From NCBI GenBank assembly GCA_963848295.1, contig CAWKDB010000011.1, forward strand, positions 288,001 to 352,000: a stretch of DNA of 64,000 nucleotides, given 5' to 3'. Under the pieces are notes generated by a model. It searched no databases. It was not told the DNA's origin and saw nothing but the letters and a program-made list of their open reading frames with translations. Below are positions 51,726 to 61,202 of the stretch, in pieces; position 1 is the first letter of the stretch; each line of letters starts with the position of its first letter. Made by a program: the position numbers and the translations under genes. This stretch comes from an uncultured delta proteobacterium. Lineage in GTDB: Bacteria > Myxococcota_A > Polyangia > Haliangiales > Haliangiaceae.

Positions 51726-54700
51726 GTGGTGGACCACGACGCGCTGTGCGGCCGGGCGCTCGGCGAGTTCGTGCTGCGCGAACGCATCGGCGAGGGCGGG
51801 TTCGGCGCGGTGTATCGCTGCGAACAGCCGCTGCTCGGACGCGAGGCGGTCATCAAGGTCCTGCACCACGGCCTGCGCGAGAGCGAGATCGTGCTGCAGC
51901 GGTTCATGCGCGAAGCCCAGCTCGCGTCGCGGCTCGATCATCCCTACGCCGCTCACATCTACGCGTTCGGGGTCGAGAAGGATGACGGCCTGTTCTGGAT
52001 CGCGATGGAGCTGGTCCAAGGTACCGGGCTCGATCGATGGCTGCGCGATCGCGGACCGCTGCCGCTCGTCCAGCTCGTGCCGTTCTTCGAGCGGGTCGCC
52101 GAAGTCGTCCAGACCGCGCACGAGCGCGGCATCGTCCATCGCGATCTCAAGCCATCGAACATCATGGTCGTCGAGCGCGCCGGCCGGCTGCTGCCGAAGC
52201 TGCTCGACTTCGGGATCGCAAAGATGTTCGGCCCGAGCACGGCGCCGAGCGGTCCGACAACACGCCGGAGGCTCAGCTCGGTCGCGGCCGACGCCGCGAC
52301 CGAATCGCCCGAGCTGGTAACCCATGCGCCGGTGGCGGTCTCGCCGCCGTTGCGTGCGCCGAAGCCGTCGGAGATCGCGACGGTCGCTCCCACGACCGAG
52401 AAGGTGGCCGAGGACGCGCATGGCGCACCACTGACCCAAGCGAACGCGACGATCGGATCGCCGCCGTACATGTCGCCCGAGCAATGGACCGACGCGACGA
52501 CCGTGGGGCCGAGCGCCGATCTCTATGCCCTCGCGGTGGTCGCGTTCGAGGCGATCACCGGGCGCCGGCCGTTCTCGGCGCCGACGGTGACGGCGTTCGC
52601 GTACCTGCACTGCAACGAAGCGGTCCCGTCGCTCGGCAACGGCTTTCCGGCGGCCCTCGATCGGTTCTTCGCTCGCGCGATGGCCAAGCGCCCGGACGAT
52701 CGCCCGGCCACCGCGCTCGAGCTCGCGGCGACGTTACGCGTCGCAGCCGGATTCGGCTCGGTCCCCGAGGATCTACCGCGCCTCGACGAGGCGGTGCGCG
52801 ATACCTGGCTGTCCGAGGCGCCGCAGAGTCTCGCCGAGGGTGTCGGCGCGCTCGATGGTGCGCGGAACCCGCACCAGGCGCGTGATGCCGCGCGAGACCT
52901 GTTTCGCGGCTTGATCCGCTACCTGCTCGTGATCGCGCTTTCGGCGCGGGCGCAAGTCAGGAGCGAACGCGACGACCCGAGCGTGCGCGAGCTCCTCCGC
53001 GCGCTTCGCGTTCGCGAGCTCGACGAGGACGAACGGATCAAGCTACTGCGCCTGCTCGTCCGCCCATTCAGCGGGCGACCCGGCGTTCACCCGGTGCCGG
53101 AGCTCGTCGAGCTGCTCGCGGTGCACGTCGATTCCGGGGATGACGCGCTCGATGCCGTGCTCCGGATGCGGCCGTCGAGCGACCACGCCGGCTCCGAGGA
53201 CGTCGTGCGATCGCAACTCGCGCAGCTCGTCGCGGGCCTTTCGAAGTTGATGCGCGCGGCGACATTCATTCTCGACTACGCGCTCGTCGTGCCGCGAGAC
53301 GGGGTCCCCGAGCGTTGGATGGGGCTACGCCGTCAGCACCGCGCATTGGCGGTGGTCCGCGAGGTCAAGTTGGTCGAGGCGCAGCCGCTGCTCGTCGACC
53401 GCGAAGGCCGATTCGCGCTCGCGTTGTTTCCGCTGCTCCAGGTAGCGGCTCCGTCGGTGGGCGTCGACCTCGAGCTGTTCGCATTCGAAGGCAAGGGCCG
53501 CCACGGTGCGCGACTCAGCGCCGCGCCCGCGAGCTTCGATCACCACGACCCGGGAGTCTGGGATTGGTTCGGCGACAACGTGCTCGGCGAGCTCGATCGC
53601 GACAGCGAGCACGGCCAAGATGATCGCCCACCGTTCCTCGGGCTCGCGTCGTTCGCGACCGAGGACGCCGACCGCTTCGTGGGTCGCGAGCACGAGATCG
53701 ACGCGTTCATCAATCGCCTGCGTCGCCAAGCGCTGCAGATCGTCGTCGGGCCATCGGGCGCAGGCAAGAGCTCGTTCATCCACGCGGGGGTGATTCCCGG
53801 ACTCCCCGTGGGGTGGCGCGCGGTCTCGCTCAGACCGGGCGTGGCGCCGCTGACCGTGCTCGCCGCGAAGCTCGCGAGCGCGGGCCATGCCGCCGACGAG
53901 CTCCGCGCACTGTTCGCGCTCGCACCGGATGCAGCGGCGGTATCGGTGGCGAGAGCGGAAGCCCGCGAGACGGTCATCGTCGTCGATCAACTCGAAGAGC
54001 TCTTCACGTTGTGCGATAACGCCGCCGAGCGGCTGCGGTTCGCGACTGCGCTCGCACGATTATCATCGGCGCCCGATGGCTCGACCCGGGTCGTGTGTAC
54101 GGTGCGCGACGACTTCTTGATGCACGTCGAAGCGCTCGCCCCGCTGAGGCCGATGCTGTCGCCCGCGCTGTTCCTGCTCGGCAACCCATCGCGCGACGAC
54201 CTCGTCCGCACGGTGGTCGAGCCCGCTCGCCGCGCCGGCTACGCGTTGTCCGATGACGAGCTCGCGCGCGACATGGTCGGCGTCGTCGCCGATCGCCCAG
54301 GTGCGCTCGCCTTGTTGTCGTTTACGGCCTCGCGGCTGTGGGAGCTGCGCGATCGGCGGTTTCGCCAGCTGACTCGGAAGGCGTACGACGCGATGGGCGG
54401 CGTCGCCGGCGCGCTCGGCCAGCACGCCGAGGCCACGTTCTCGTCACTGCTCCACGACGATCAGCGGATCGCGCGAGAAGCATTTCGCCACCTCGTGACC
54501 GCCGACAAGACCCGCGCGGTGATGGCGGTCGACGAGCTTCGCCAGCGACTCGCGAGCTCGCGCGCGGACTCGGTGATCGATCGGCTGGTCGCCGCGCGTT
54601 TGCTCGCGGTCATCGATGGCGAAGCGCAGTCTCACATCGAGATCGTCCACGAGGCGCTGATCTCGGCGTGGCCGAGGCTCCTGCAATGGACGCGAGAGAA

Positions 54701-57170
54701 CACCGCGGACACTCGCACGCGCGAGCAAGCGTCCGCCGCCGCGAAGCAGTGGGACGAGCGGCGTCGCCCGCGCGAGTTGTTGTGGCGCGGCGATCTGCTC
54801 GCGGAGCTCGAGCGCCTGCGCGCGCGTGCTCAGCTCACCGAGCTCGAGCTCGCGTTCGCGAACGCGAGCCGCGACGAGGCCGCCCGCGGTCGGCGGATCC
54901 GCCGCGCGATCTTGACCGCGATGCTCGTGATCGCGGCCGTGTTCGTCGTCGGGCTGTGGCGCGCCAACCGCGCCGCGCAAGAGGCGGCCGAGTCACGCGA
55001 GGCGGTGCTCCGTGACTCGATCTTCGACCAAGGCCGGCTCCGCATGCTCCAAGGCGACAAGCTCGGCGCCCTGCCCTATCTTGAGAAGGCGTACGCGATG
55101 GGCGAGACCGGCGCCGCGAACCGGCTGCTGATCGAGGAGGCGCGCCGACCGACGCGCGCGCGGGTCGCGACCCTCGAAGGGCACACCGACAAGCTGTGGA
55201 GCGTCGTCTACAGCCCCGATGGCAAGCGGATCGCGACCGCGAGCGCCGACGGCACCGCGCGGATCTGGGACGCCGCGACGAGCAAGACGCTCGACGTGAT
55301 CCAGCTCGAGGGGACGGTCAACGCGGTCGCGTTCAGCCCGGATGGCGCGCTGCTGGCGATCGGTGGCCGCGACGCCGCGGTCCGGCTGTGGGATGTCGCG
55401 GGCCGGCGTCAGATCGCGGCGCTCGCCGTGACGATGCGGATCGGGCACCTGGCGTTCAGTCCCGATGGGACGCGGTTGCTGGCGACCGGCAACGATGAAC
55501 ACGGGCCGTCGTTGGTCCGGATCTGGAGCATTCCGGATGGTCGTCCGGTCCTCGATCTCCCCGGGCACCGCGGTGAGGTCGGTGCGCGGTTCTCCGCCGA
55601 CGGCGGACGGCTGGGGACGTGGGATGACCACGGCCATGCGGCGCTGTGGGACGGCCACAGCTTCATCGAGCAGGCGCATTACGACTCGTCGTCGTCGGTT
55701 TTTGACGCCGGGGATCTCGATCGCTCGGGCTCGCTGTTCGCGCTCGGCACCGCGTCCGGGCAGCTCGACCTGATGCACCTCGATGGGACGATCGAGTCGC
55801 ACCCGGCCATCCATAGCAAAGCGATCCGCTCGATCGCGATCGCACCCGATGGCGCGACGATCGCGACCGCGACCGCGGATGCCACCGCCGAGCTGTGGGA
55901 CGTTCGCTCGCAGCGGTCGCGCGCCAGCCTCGCGGGCCACGGCGCGGCGGTCACGGTCGCGCGGTTCTCGCCCGATGGCCGGCTCGTCCTCACCGCGTGC
56001 GCGGACGGCGGCGTGCGGATCTGGACCGCGTCGACCGGGATCCTGCTCGGCGAGCTCGCCGGCCACACCAACGACGTGGACGCGGCGGCGTTCTCGCCGG
56101 ACGGGGCACGCGCAGTGACCGCGTCCTGGGACCATCAGGCGATCGTGTGGGACCTCGCCGCCGCGCAGCAGTTCCGCCCGGTGGAGACGCCGCTCGTCGA
56201 CACTCAGGCTCCGAACAGCGCCGTGAAGTACGGCCCTGACGGCCACACGATCGCGATGATCAGCGCGGATCGAGGGCTCGTCGTCTCCGATGCAAGCGCG
56301 ATCATGTGCCGCACTCGCGATCACCTCGCGATCCACGACTTCGCGTGGAGTCGTGACGGCGCTTGGATCGCGACGATCGACGGCGTTAATCCGCTCGTCC
56401 GGGTATGGAATGCTCGCACGTGCGAGCTCATGCACGAGCTGACGCAGTCCTCGGTCGCGTGGAGCATCGCGACCGGACCGAACGGCGTGCTCGCCGTCGG
56501 AGGCGACGACTCGATCTGGTTGTGGGGCGTTGCGCGCGAGCATCTCGACGCCACGTACGATCAGCTGCCGGGGAGCGTTTATGTCATCGAGTTTGCGCCC
56601 GGCGGCGATCGTCTGTTCGCGACGACGTACGAAACGTCTGGGTCGAGCGTCGTCGTTCAGGAGCTCGCCGACGCCCGCGCACGCCGGACCTTCCCGGCCG
56701 GCAAGCTGCCCCTGACAGCCCTCGAGCTCGACGCCAAGCACGGCTGGCTACTCGCGTCGAGCTTCGACCAGCACGTGCGGATCTGGGATCTCCGCTCGGG
56801 CGCGTTGGTCGATAACCTCGAAGGAACCGGCCCGTTGTTCGGATTGCGCGAGAGCCGCGATGGCGCGCTGATCATCGGCATCGGCGGCACGTCGCCGGCG
56901 GTCTGGGACGCGGCCACGCGCTCGCGGATCGGCATGCTCGAAGGCCACTCCGATCTCGTGATTCGCGGAGCGTTCCTCGACGACCGGTTATTCGTGACCG
57001 CGAGCCGAGATGGTACCGCGCGGGTATGGGACGTCTCGACCTTGCGCCCGCTGCTCGTGTTCGGAGCTACCGAGGCGGTCGATGGCAACGCCGCCGGTAC
57101 GGCATGGGTGCTGTCCGATGTAGGTGGCGCGCGCGAATGGTCGCCTGCGCTGCCAGAGCCGCGCGAATGA
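51726..57170 (+). CDS. Ser/Thr kinase - nSTAND1 NTPase - TM - WD40 repeat protein
   Basis: IGEGGFGAVY, HRDLKPSN, LLDFGIA, YMSPEQ; PFLGLASF..FVGRE, GPSGAGKSS, VDQLEELFT, VHEALI; many GH..WD repeats. Confidence 0.92.
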   Translation: MVDHDALCGRALGEFVLRERIGEGGFGAVYRCEQPLLGREAVIKVLHHGLRESEIVLQRFMREAQLASRLDHPYAAHIYAFGVEKDDGLFWIAMELVQGTGLDRWLRDRGPLPLVQLVPFFERVAEVVQTAHERGIVHRDLKPSNIMVVERAGRLLPKLLDFGIAKMFGPSTAPSGPTTRRRLSSVAADAATESPELVTHAPVAVSPPLRAPKPSEIATVAPTTEKVAEDAHGAPLTQANATIGSPPYMSPEQWTDATTVGPSADLYALAVVAFEAITGRRPFSAPTVTAFAYLHCNEAVPSLGNGFPAALDRFFARAMAKRPDDRPATALELAATLRVAAGFGSVPEDLPRLDEAVRDTWLSEAPQSLAEGVGALDGARNPHQARDAARDLFRGLIRYLLVIALSARAQVRSERDDPSVRELLRALRVRELDEDERIKLLRLLVRPFSGRPGVHPVPELVELLAVHVDSGDDALDAVLRMRPSSDHAGSEDVVRSQLAQLVAGLSKLMRAATFILDYALVVPRDGVPERWMGLRRQHRALAVVREVKLVEAQPLLVDREGRFALALFPLLQVAAPSVGVDLELFAFEGKGRHGARLSAAPASFDHHDPGVWDWFGDNVLGELDRDSEHGQDDRPPFLGLASFATEDADRFVGREHEIDAFINRLRRQALQIVVGPSGAGKSSFIHAGVIPGLPVGWRAVSLRPGVAPLTVLAAKLASAGHAADELRALFALAPDAAAVSVARAEARETVIVVDQLEELFTLCDNAAERLRFATALARLSSAPDGSTRVVCTVRDDFLMHVEALAPLRPMLSPALFLLGNPSRDDLVRTVVEPARRAGYALSDDELARDMVGVVADRPGALALLSFTASRLWELRDRRFRQLTRKAYDAMGGVAGALGQHAEATFSSLLHDDQRIAREAFRHLVTADKTRAVMAVDELRQRLASSRADSVIDRLVAARLLAVIDGEAQSHIEIVHEALISAWPRLLQWTRENTADTRTREQASAAAKQWDERRRPRELLWRGDLLAELERLRARAQLTELELAFANASRDEAARGRRIRRAILTAMLVIAAVFVVGLWRANRAAQEAAESREAVLRDSIFDQGRLRMLQGDKLGALPYLEKAYAMGETGAANRLLIEEARRPTRARVATLEGHTDKLWSVVYSPDGKRIATASADGTARIWDAATSKTLDVIQLEGTVNAVAFSPDGALLAIGGRDAAVRLWDVAGRRQIAALAVTMRIGHLAFSPDGTRLLATGNDEHGPSLVRIWSIPDGRPVLDLPGHRGEVGARFSADGGRLGTWDDHGHAALWDGHSFIEQAHYDSSSSVFDAGDLDRSGSLFALGTASGQLDLMHLDGTIESHPAIHSKAIRSIAIAPDGATIATATADATAELWDVRSQRSRASLAGHGAAVTVARFSPDGRLVLTACADGGVRIWTASTGILLGELAGHTNDVDAAAFSPDGARAVTASWDHQAIVWDLAAAQQFRPVETPLVDTQAPNSAVKYGPDGHTIAMISADRGLVVSDASAIMCRTRDHLAIHDFAWSRDGAWIATIDGVNPLVRVWNARTCELMHELTQSSVAWSIATGPNGVLAVGGDDSIWLWGVAREHLDATYDQLPGSVYVIEFAPGGDRLFATTYETSGSSVVVQELADARARRTFPAGKLPLTALELDAKHGWLLASSFDQHVRIWDLRSGALVDNLEGTGPLFGLRESRDGALIIGIGGTSPAVWDAATRSRIGMLEGHSDLVIRGAFLDDRLFVTASRDGTARVWDVSTLRPLLVFGATEAVDGNAAGTAWVLSDVGGAREWSPALPEPRE

Positions 57171-57184
57171 CGTCGCGGAACCTG

Positions 57185-57201
57185 CTTGCAGAAACTGCAA
57201 G
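57185..57201. promoter_or_regulatory. Perfect inverted repeat, putative enhancer (UAS)
   Basis: CTTGCAG-AAA-CTGCAAG about 70 bp upstream of a sigma54 -24 box. Confidence 0.55.
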
Positions 57202-57270
57202 GCTTCACGGATAGCGCAGCGCCTGCGGAGGCAAACGTGCTGATTTGCTGGGTCGAGTCCGAGCGCGCAC

Positions 57271-57286
57271 TGGCCTAGCGCTTGCT
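57271..57286 (+). promoter_or_regulatory. Sigma54 (-24/-12) promoter
   Basis: TGGCCT-N5-TTGCT, 12 nt before the ATG at 57299. Confidence 0.7.
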
Positions 57287-57298
57287 CATCGGGAACAC

Positions 57299-57457
57299 AT
57301 GAAGAAACGACAGGCGAACCGCAAGCTGCAGCTGATGGTGAAGGTTATCCGCGATCTCAAGCCGTCCGAGGGTCGAAATGCCGCGGGCGGTTCAAACAAC
57401 CGCCCACCGCCGGACTGCACGTCGATCACCCACTGCGGCCAGACCTACGGCGAATAG
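57299..57457 (+). CDS. 52-aa peptide with double-glycine-type leader (putative RiPP/signal precursor)
   Basis: MKKRQANRKLQLMVKVIRDLKPSEGRNAAGG | SNNRPPPDCTSITHCGQTYGE. Confidence 0.65.
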   Translation: MKKRQANRKLQLMVKVIRDLKPSEGRNAAGGSNNRPPPDCTSITHCGQTYGE

Positions 57458-57474
57458 CTGGCCCGCGCAGCCGC

Positions 57475-59277
57475 TCAACCCTCGCCGGTCGAGTCGCGCT
57501 TCTTCTTCGGCGTCAGGCCGTACTGCTTGGCCTTCTCGAAGAACGTACGCACCGGCATCGCGAGCAGGCCCGCCGCCCGCGTCTGATTGCCGCCGGTCGC
57601 GTCGAGCGCTTCGCGAATCCGCGTGATCTCGAGCTCGCGCAGCTCGTCGCCGAGTGGCCGGAACTGCGAGGGCGCGACCACCACCGGCGCGATTCGTCCG
57701 GTCACCCGCGAGCTCCGCGACAGCCGCTCGGCGACATGCTCGGCGGTGAGCGCATCGCCGAGATGTGCCGCCGCGACGTACTGCATGAAGTTCTTGAGCT
57801 CGCGGACATTGCCAGGCCAGGCGTACGCGAGCAACGCGGTCATGGCGGCGTCGGAGATCGCCATCATCGCCCGCCCGCTGCGCCGGCACGCATCGTCGAG
57901 AAATGACGCGGCGAGCAGCGGCAGCTCGCGCGCACGTTGGCGCAGTGGCGGCAGGTGCAAGGTCGCGCCCGACAGCCGGAAGTAGAGATCTTCGCGGAAT
58001 CGGCCGGCCGCGATGTCGGCCTCGAGATCGCGGTTGGTCGCGGCGACGATCCGGACGTCGACCGCTCGCTCGCGCACGTCACCGACGCGCGTCACCCGCT
58101 GGGTCTCGAGCACGCGCAGCAGCTTCGCTTGCGTGGCCGGCGCGAGCTCGCCGACCTCGTCGAGAAACAGCGTCGAGCCCGATGCGGCCTCGATCAGCCC
58201 GCTCTTGGAGCCCACCGCGCCGGAGAACGCGCCCTTCTCGTGACCGAATAGCTCGCTCTCGACGAGCGTATCTTGGATCGCCGCACAGTTGAGCGACACG
58301 AGCTGGTGGGCATGCCGCCGCGATAGCTGGTGGATCGCGGTCGCCGCGAGCTCCTTGCCGCAGCCGGTCTCACCTGTGATCAGCACCGCGAGATCGACCG
58401 GCGCGAGCCGTTCGATCAAGGCGTAGAGCCGAACGACCGACGGGTCGGCGACGATCACGCGCTGCGTCCCGATCGTCAGCGTCTGGTACGAGCGCGTCGT
58501 GCCTCCGATCTCGCCGGGGGCGATGCTGAGCGCGGCGTTGTGCGCGCTGGCGAGCAGCGCATCGGCGTCGTACCCGTCGAACGGACACGTGACGTGACCG
58601 ATCCGCAGCGCGGTGGTGCCGAGCTTGGCGCGAATCCTTCCGGCGATCGTCAACGCCTCGTCTTGCGAGGCTTCAGCAAGCAGCACGTGAAGCGCGTTGT
58701 CGCTGTCGGACCACGCCGCGGCGTCGATCCGGCGCAGCTGGTCGGCGACCATGTTTTCGGTGACTCGCCGGTCCGCGATCGTGCCGGGCCAGAGCAGGCA
58801 CAGCACCGAGAACGCGCGCTCGTAGCGGACTGCGCGATCGCTCTCGTCCTCGACCCGTTGCCGAAACGCGGGGCGGTCGAGCACCATCGCCGACGTCAGT
58901 GCCGCGGCGGTCGCGTGCAAGATCAGCGTCGTCTTGTTGATCGTGATGACGTCGTTGGCGCTCAGCATTTGCTCGCCGACGATCCGGACACCGTTGACGT
59001 ACGTCCCACGCTGCGACCCTTGATCGGCGACGGTCACGTGTCCATCCACGATCGTCAGCATCGCGTGCTGCCGCGAGATCGCCGCGTCGTCGATTCGAAG
59101 GTCGGCCGCTTCGGACCGCCCGACCATCACGCGCCCGGTCGTCGGGAGCTGATACATCCACGACGACGAGCCGCTGAACACCAACAAGTGCCGGCGCTCG
59201 ATGCTCGGGGTGGCCGACACCTCATCGCGCGGCGCGGCGGTATCGCTCTGCGTGGCTCCCCTGGGCGTCTTTTCCAT
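57475..59277 (-). CDS. FHA - degenerate GGDEF-like - sigma54 AAA+ enhancer-binding protein - HTH
   Basis: [19 protein letters not shown] (FHA); [46 protein letters not shown]. Confidence 0.92.
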   Translation of the reverse strand: MEKTPRGATQSDTAAPRDEVSATPSIERRHLLVFSGSSSWMYQLPTTGRVMVGRSEAADLRIDDAAISRQHAMLTIVDGHVTVADQGSQRGTYVNGVRIVGEQMLSANDVITINKTTLILHATAAALTSAMVLDRPAFRQRVEDESDRAVRYERAFSVLCLLWPGTIADRRVTENMVADQLRRIDAAAWSDSDNALHVLLAEASQDEALTIAGRIRAKLGTTALRIGHVTCPFDGYDADALLASAHNAALSIAPGEIGGTTRSYQTLTIGTQRVIVADPSVVRLYALIERLAPVDLAVLITGETGCGKELAATAIHQLSRRHAHQLVSLNCAAIQDTLVESELFGHEKGAFSGAVGSKSGLIEAASGSTLFLDEVGELAPATQAKLLRVLETQRVTRVGDVRERAVDVRIVAATNRDLEADIAAGRFREDLYFRLSGATLHLPPLRQRARELPLLAASFLDDACRRSGRAMMAISDAAMTALLAYAWPGNVRELKNFMQYVAAAHLGDALTAEHVAERLSRSSRVTGRIAPVVVAPSQFRPLGDELRELEITRIREALDATGGNQTRAAGLLAMPVRTFFEKAKQYGLTPKKKRDSTGEG

Positions 59278-59540
59278 AGGGACGAGTCGCTGCTGCGATC
59301 CACCGACGATTCTCGGCGGATCGCCAGGAACTTACAAGCGGCAGGCCGCCAGCGTCGGCGGCGGCCGTCATCCGCTCTTCATCTAAGGCTGCGTGAACCC
59401 CGGTTCGCCGAGCCGCAAAGCGCGCGTAAATCGACCGCGCAACATCATCGCTTGTTCCCCTGCCTCCACGAGGGTTCGCGCACCACTTGCGCGGCCGGAG
59501 ATCACGACGCATGCAGTGCGCGATCAGCGCCGGTTCTTCC

Positions 59541-59556
59541 AGGCACGGCTCTTGAT
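59541..59556 (+). promoter_or_regulatory. Sigma54-like promoter upstream of hemN
   Basis: AGGCAC-N5-TTGAT. Confidence 0.45.
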
Positions 59557-59568
59557 GGCTGTGTGGGC

Positions 59569-60927
59569 ATGCAGCTCACCGCCGAGCGCCTTGCCGAGAT
59601 GTCGAGTCGTGGCCCACGCTACACGAGTTACCCACCGGCAACCGAGTTCGCGGCGCTCGATCCCGAGGTCGTGGACCGCGAGCTCGACACGATGCGCCGG
59701 CACCCCACCGCCGGTTCGCTCTACGTTCATGTCCCGTTCTGTCGCAGCTTGTGCGCCTACTGCGGCTGTAACGTGATCCCGACGCGGGACGTCTCCAAGG
59801 GCGAGCGCTACATCGACGCGCTCGCGACCGAGGCCGCGATCCTGGCGGGCAAGCTGGGCTCGGCGTACCCGGTCGCCGAGATCGCGATCGGCGGCGGATC
59901 GCCGAACTTCTTGTCGCCTCGCTCGCTGAGAACGCTGATGACCTCGTTGCTGCGCAGCTTCGCGGTGGCAGACGATGCGCGGTTGTCGGTCGAGCTCGAT
60001 CCGCGCGACACGACGTTCGCGCAGGTCGACGCGTTCGCCGCTGCGGGGTTTCGCGCGCTGTCGGTCGGCATCCAGGACTTCTCGCCCGATGTCCAGGATG
60101 CGATCCGTCGCCACCAGACGATCGCGCAGACCGGGTGGTTGATCGAGCGTGCCCGCAAGGCGGGGTTCACCGACATCAACGCCGACATCGTCTACGGGCT
60201 CCCGCGCCAGAACGAGGCGTCGTTCGCCGCGACGCTGGACGCGGTCATCGGCCTGGGGCCCGAACGCATCGCGCTGTTCGGGTATGCGCACCTGCCCGAT
60301 CGCCTGCCGCACCAGCGTCTGGTCGAACGCGCCGGGCGGGTCCTCGACCGCTACGAGCGCGCGCAGCTGCTGCTGCTCGCGATCGAACAGCTATCGCGCG
60401 CGGGCTATCTCCGGCTGGGCCTCGATCACTTCGCGAAGCCGGGCTCCGCGCTCGCCCATGCCGCGGCGGGCGGACGCATGACGCGTACGTTCCAGGGCTA
60501 CGTCGAACGCAAAGCGGACGCGATCCTCGGCCTCGGCGTCTCGGCGATCTCGTCGACGCCGCACGTGTTCTGGCAGAATCACCCCGACCTCGCGTCTTAC
60601 GAGCGTGCGCTCGCCGCGGCCGAGCTACCGATCACGCGCGGCAAGGCCTTGGACGGCGATGACGAGGTCCGGCGCGCGCTGATCGAGCACCTCATGTGCA
60701 ACGGTGAGGTCGATCTCGAGCAACTCGGGGAGCGCTACGCGATCGACGCGGAGACGTACTTCGCGACCGAGCTCGGCTCGCTCGTACGGCAGCCGGAGCT
60801 AGCGGTCTACGACGCCGAGGCTCGCGTGATCCGGACTACCGAGCTCGGCACCCTGCTCGTGCGCAACGTGTGCATGCTGTTCGATCGCTATGACCACGCT
60901 GCCGGGCGATTCTCGATGACGGTCTGA
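59569..60927 (+). CDS. hemN: Oxygen-independent coproporphyrinogen III oxidase
   Basis: GPRYTSYP, YVHVPFCRSLCAYCGC (radical SAM), GGGSP, GLDHF, FQGY. Confidence 0.92.
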   Translation: MQLTAERLAEMSSRGPRYTSYPPATEFAALDPEVVDRELDTMRRHPTAGSLYVHVPFCRSLCAYCGCNVIPTRDVSKGERYIDALATEAAILAGKLGSAYPVAEIAIGGGSPNFLSPRSLRTLMTSLLRSFAVADDARLSVELDPRDTTFAQVDAFAAAGFRALSVGIQDFSPDVQDAIRRHQTIAQTGWLIERARKAGFTDINADIVYGLPRQNEASFAATLDAVIGLGPERIALFGYAHLPDRLPHQRLVERAGRVLDRYERAQLLLLAIEQLSRAGYLRLGLDHFAKPGSALAHAAAGGRMTRTFQGYVERKADAILGLGVSAISSTPHVFWQNHPDLASYERALAAAELPITRGKALDGDDEVRRALIEHLMCNGEVDLEQLGERYAIDAETYFATELGSLVRQPELAVYDAEARVIRTTELGTLLVRNVCMLFDRYDHAAGRFSMTV

Positions 60928-60930
60928 CGG

Positions 60931-61038
60931 TCAGTGCATCAGCAGCACGACCATCACCATGATCACGCCACACAAGATCGTGGTCCACATCAGCACGTGC
61001 AACGGGATGGTCCACGCTTCGTCTTTGGGGATCGCCAT
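60931..61038 (-). CDS. 35-aa single-TM peptide
   Basis: [35 protein letters not shown], preceded by a sigma54-like site. Confidence 0.5.
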   Translation of the reverse strand: MAIPKDEAWTIPLHVLMWTTILCGVIMVMVVLLMH

Positions 61039-61050
61039 GGCTGACGATCG

Positions 61051-61066
61051 AGCACGCGCCATGCCA
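61051..61066 (-). promoter_or_regulatory. Sigma54-like promoter for the small TM peptide
   Basis: TGGCAT-N5-GTGCT on the minus strand. Confidence 0.5.
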
Positions 61067-61173
61067 TGCCGCGCGCGGCGAGCCATCGCGCATCGATCAC
61101 GCAGACGCTGCATCGGCCGAGTCGAGCGACGCAGGGCTTGCGCGCGTTCGGTCGCCAAACAGCGCGGGAAGTG

Positions 61174-61189
61174 CGGCACGCGAGTTGCG
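61174..61189 (+). promoter_or_regulatory. Sigma54-like promoter for the cco operon
   Basis: CGGCAC-N5-TTGCG. Confidence 0.55.
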
Positions 61190-61202
61190 AACGGTGTGCG
61201 CC

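Noticed and set aside
58330..59568. N-terminal extension of HemN (865-aa ORF)
   Set aside because: Antisense shadow of the FHA-EBP gene; HemN homology begins at ATG 59569
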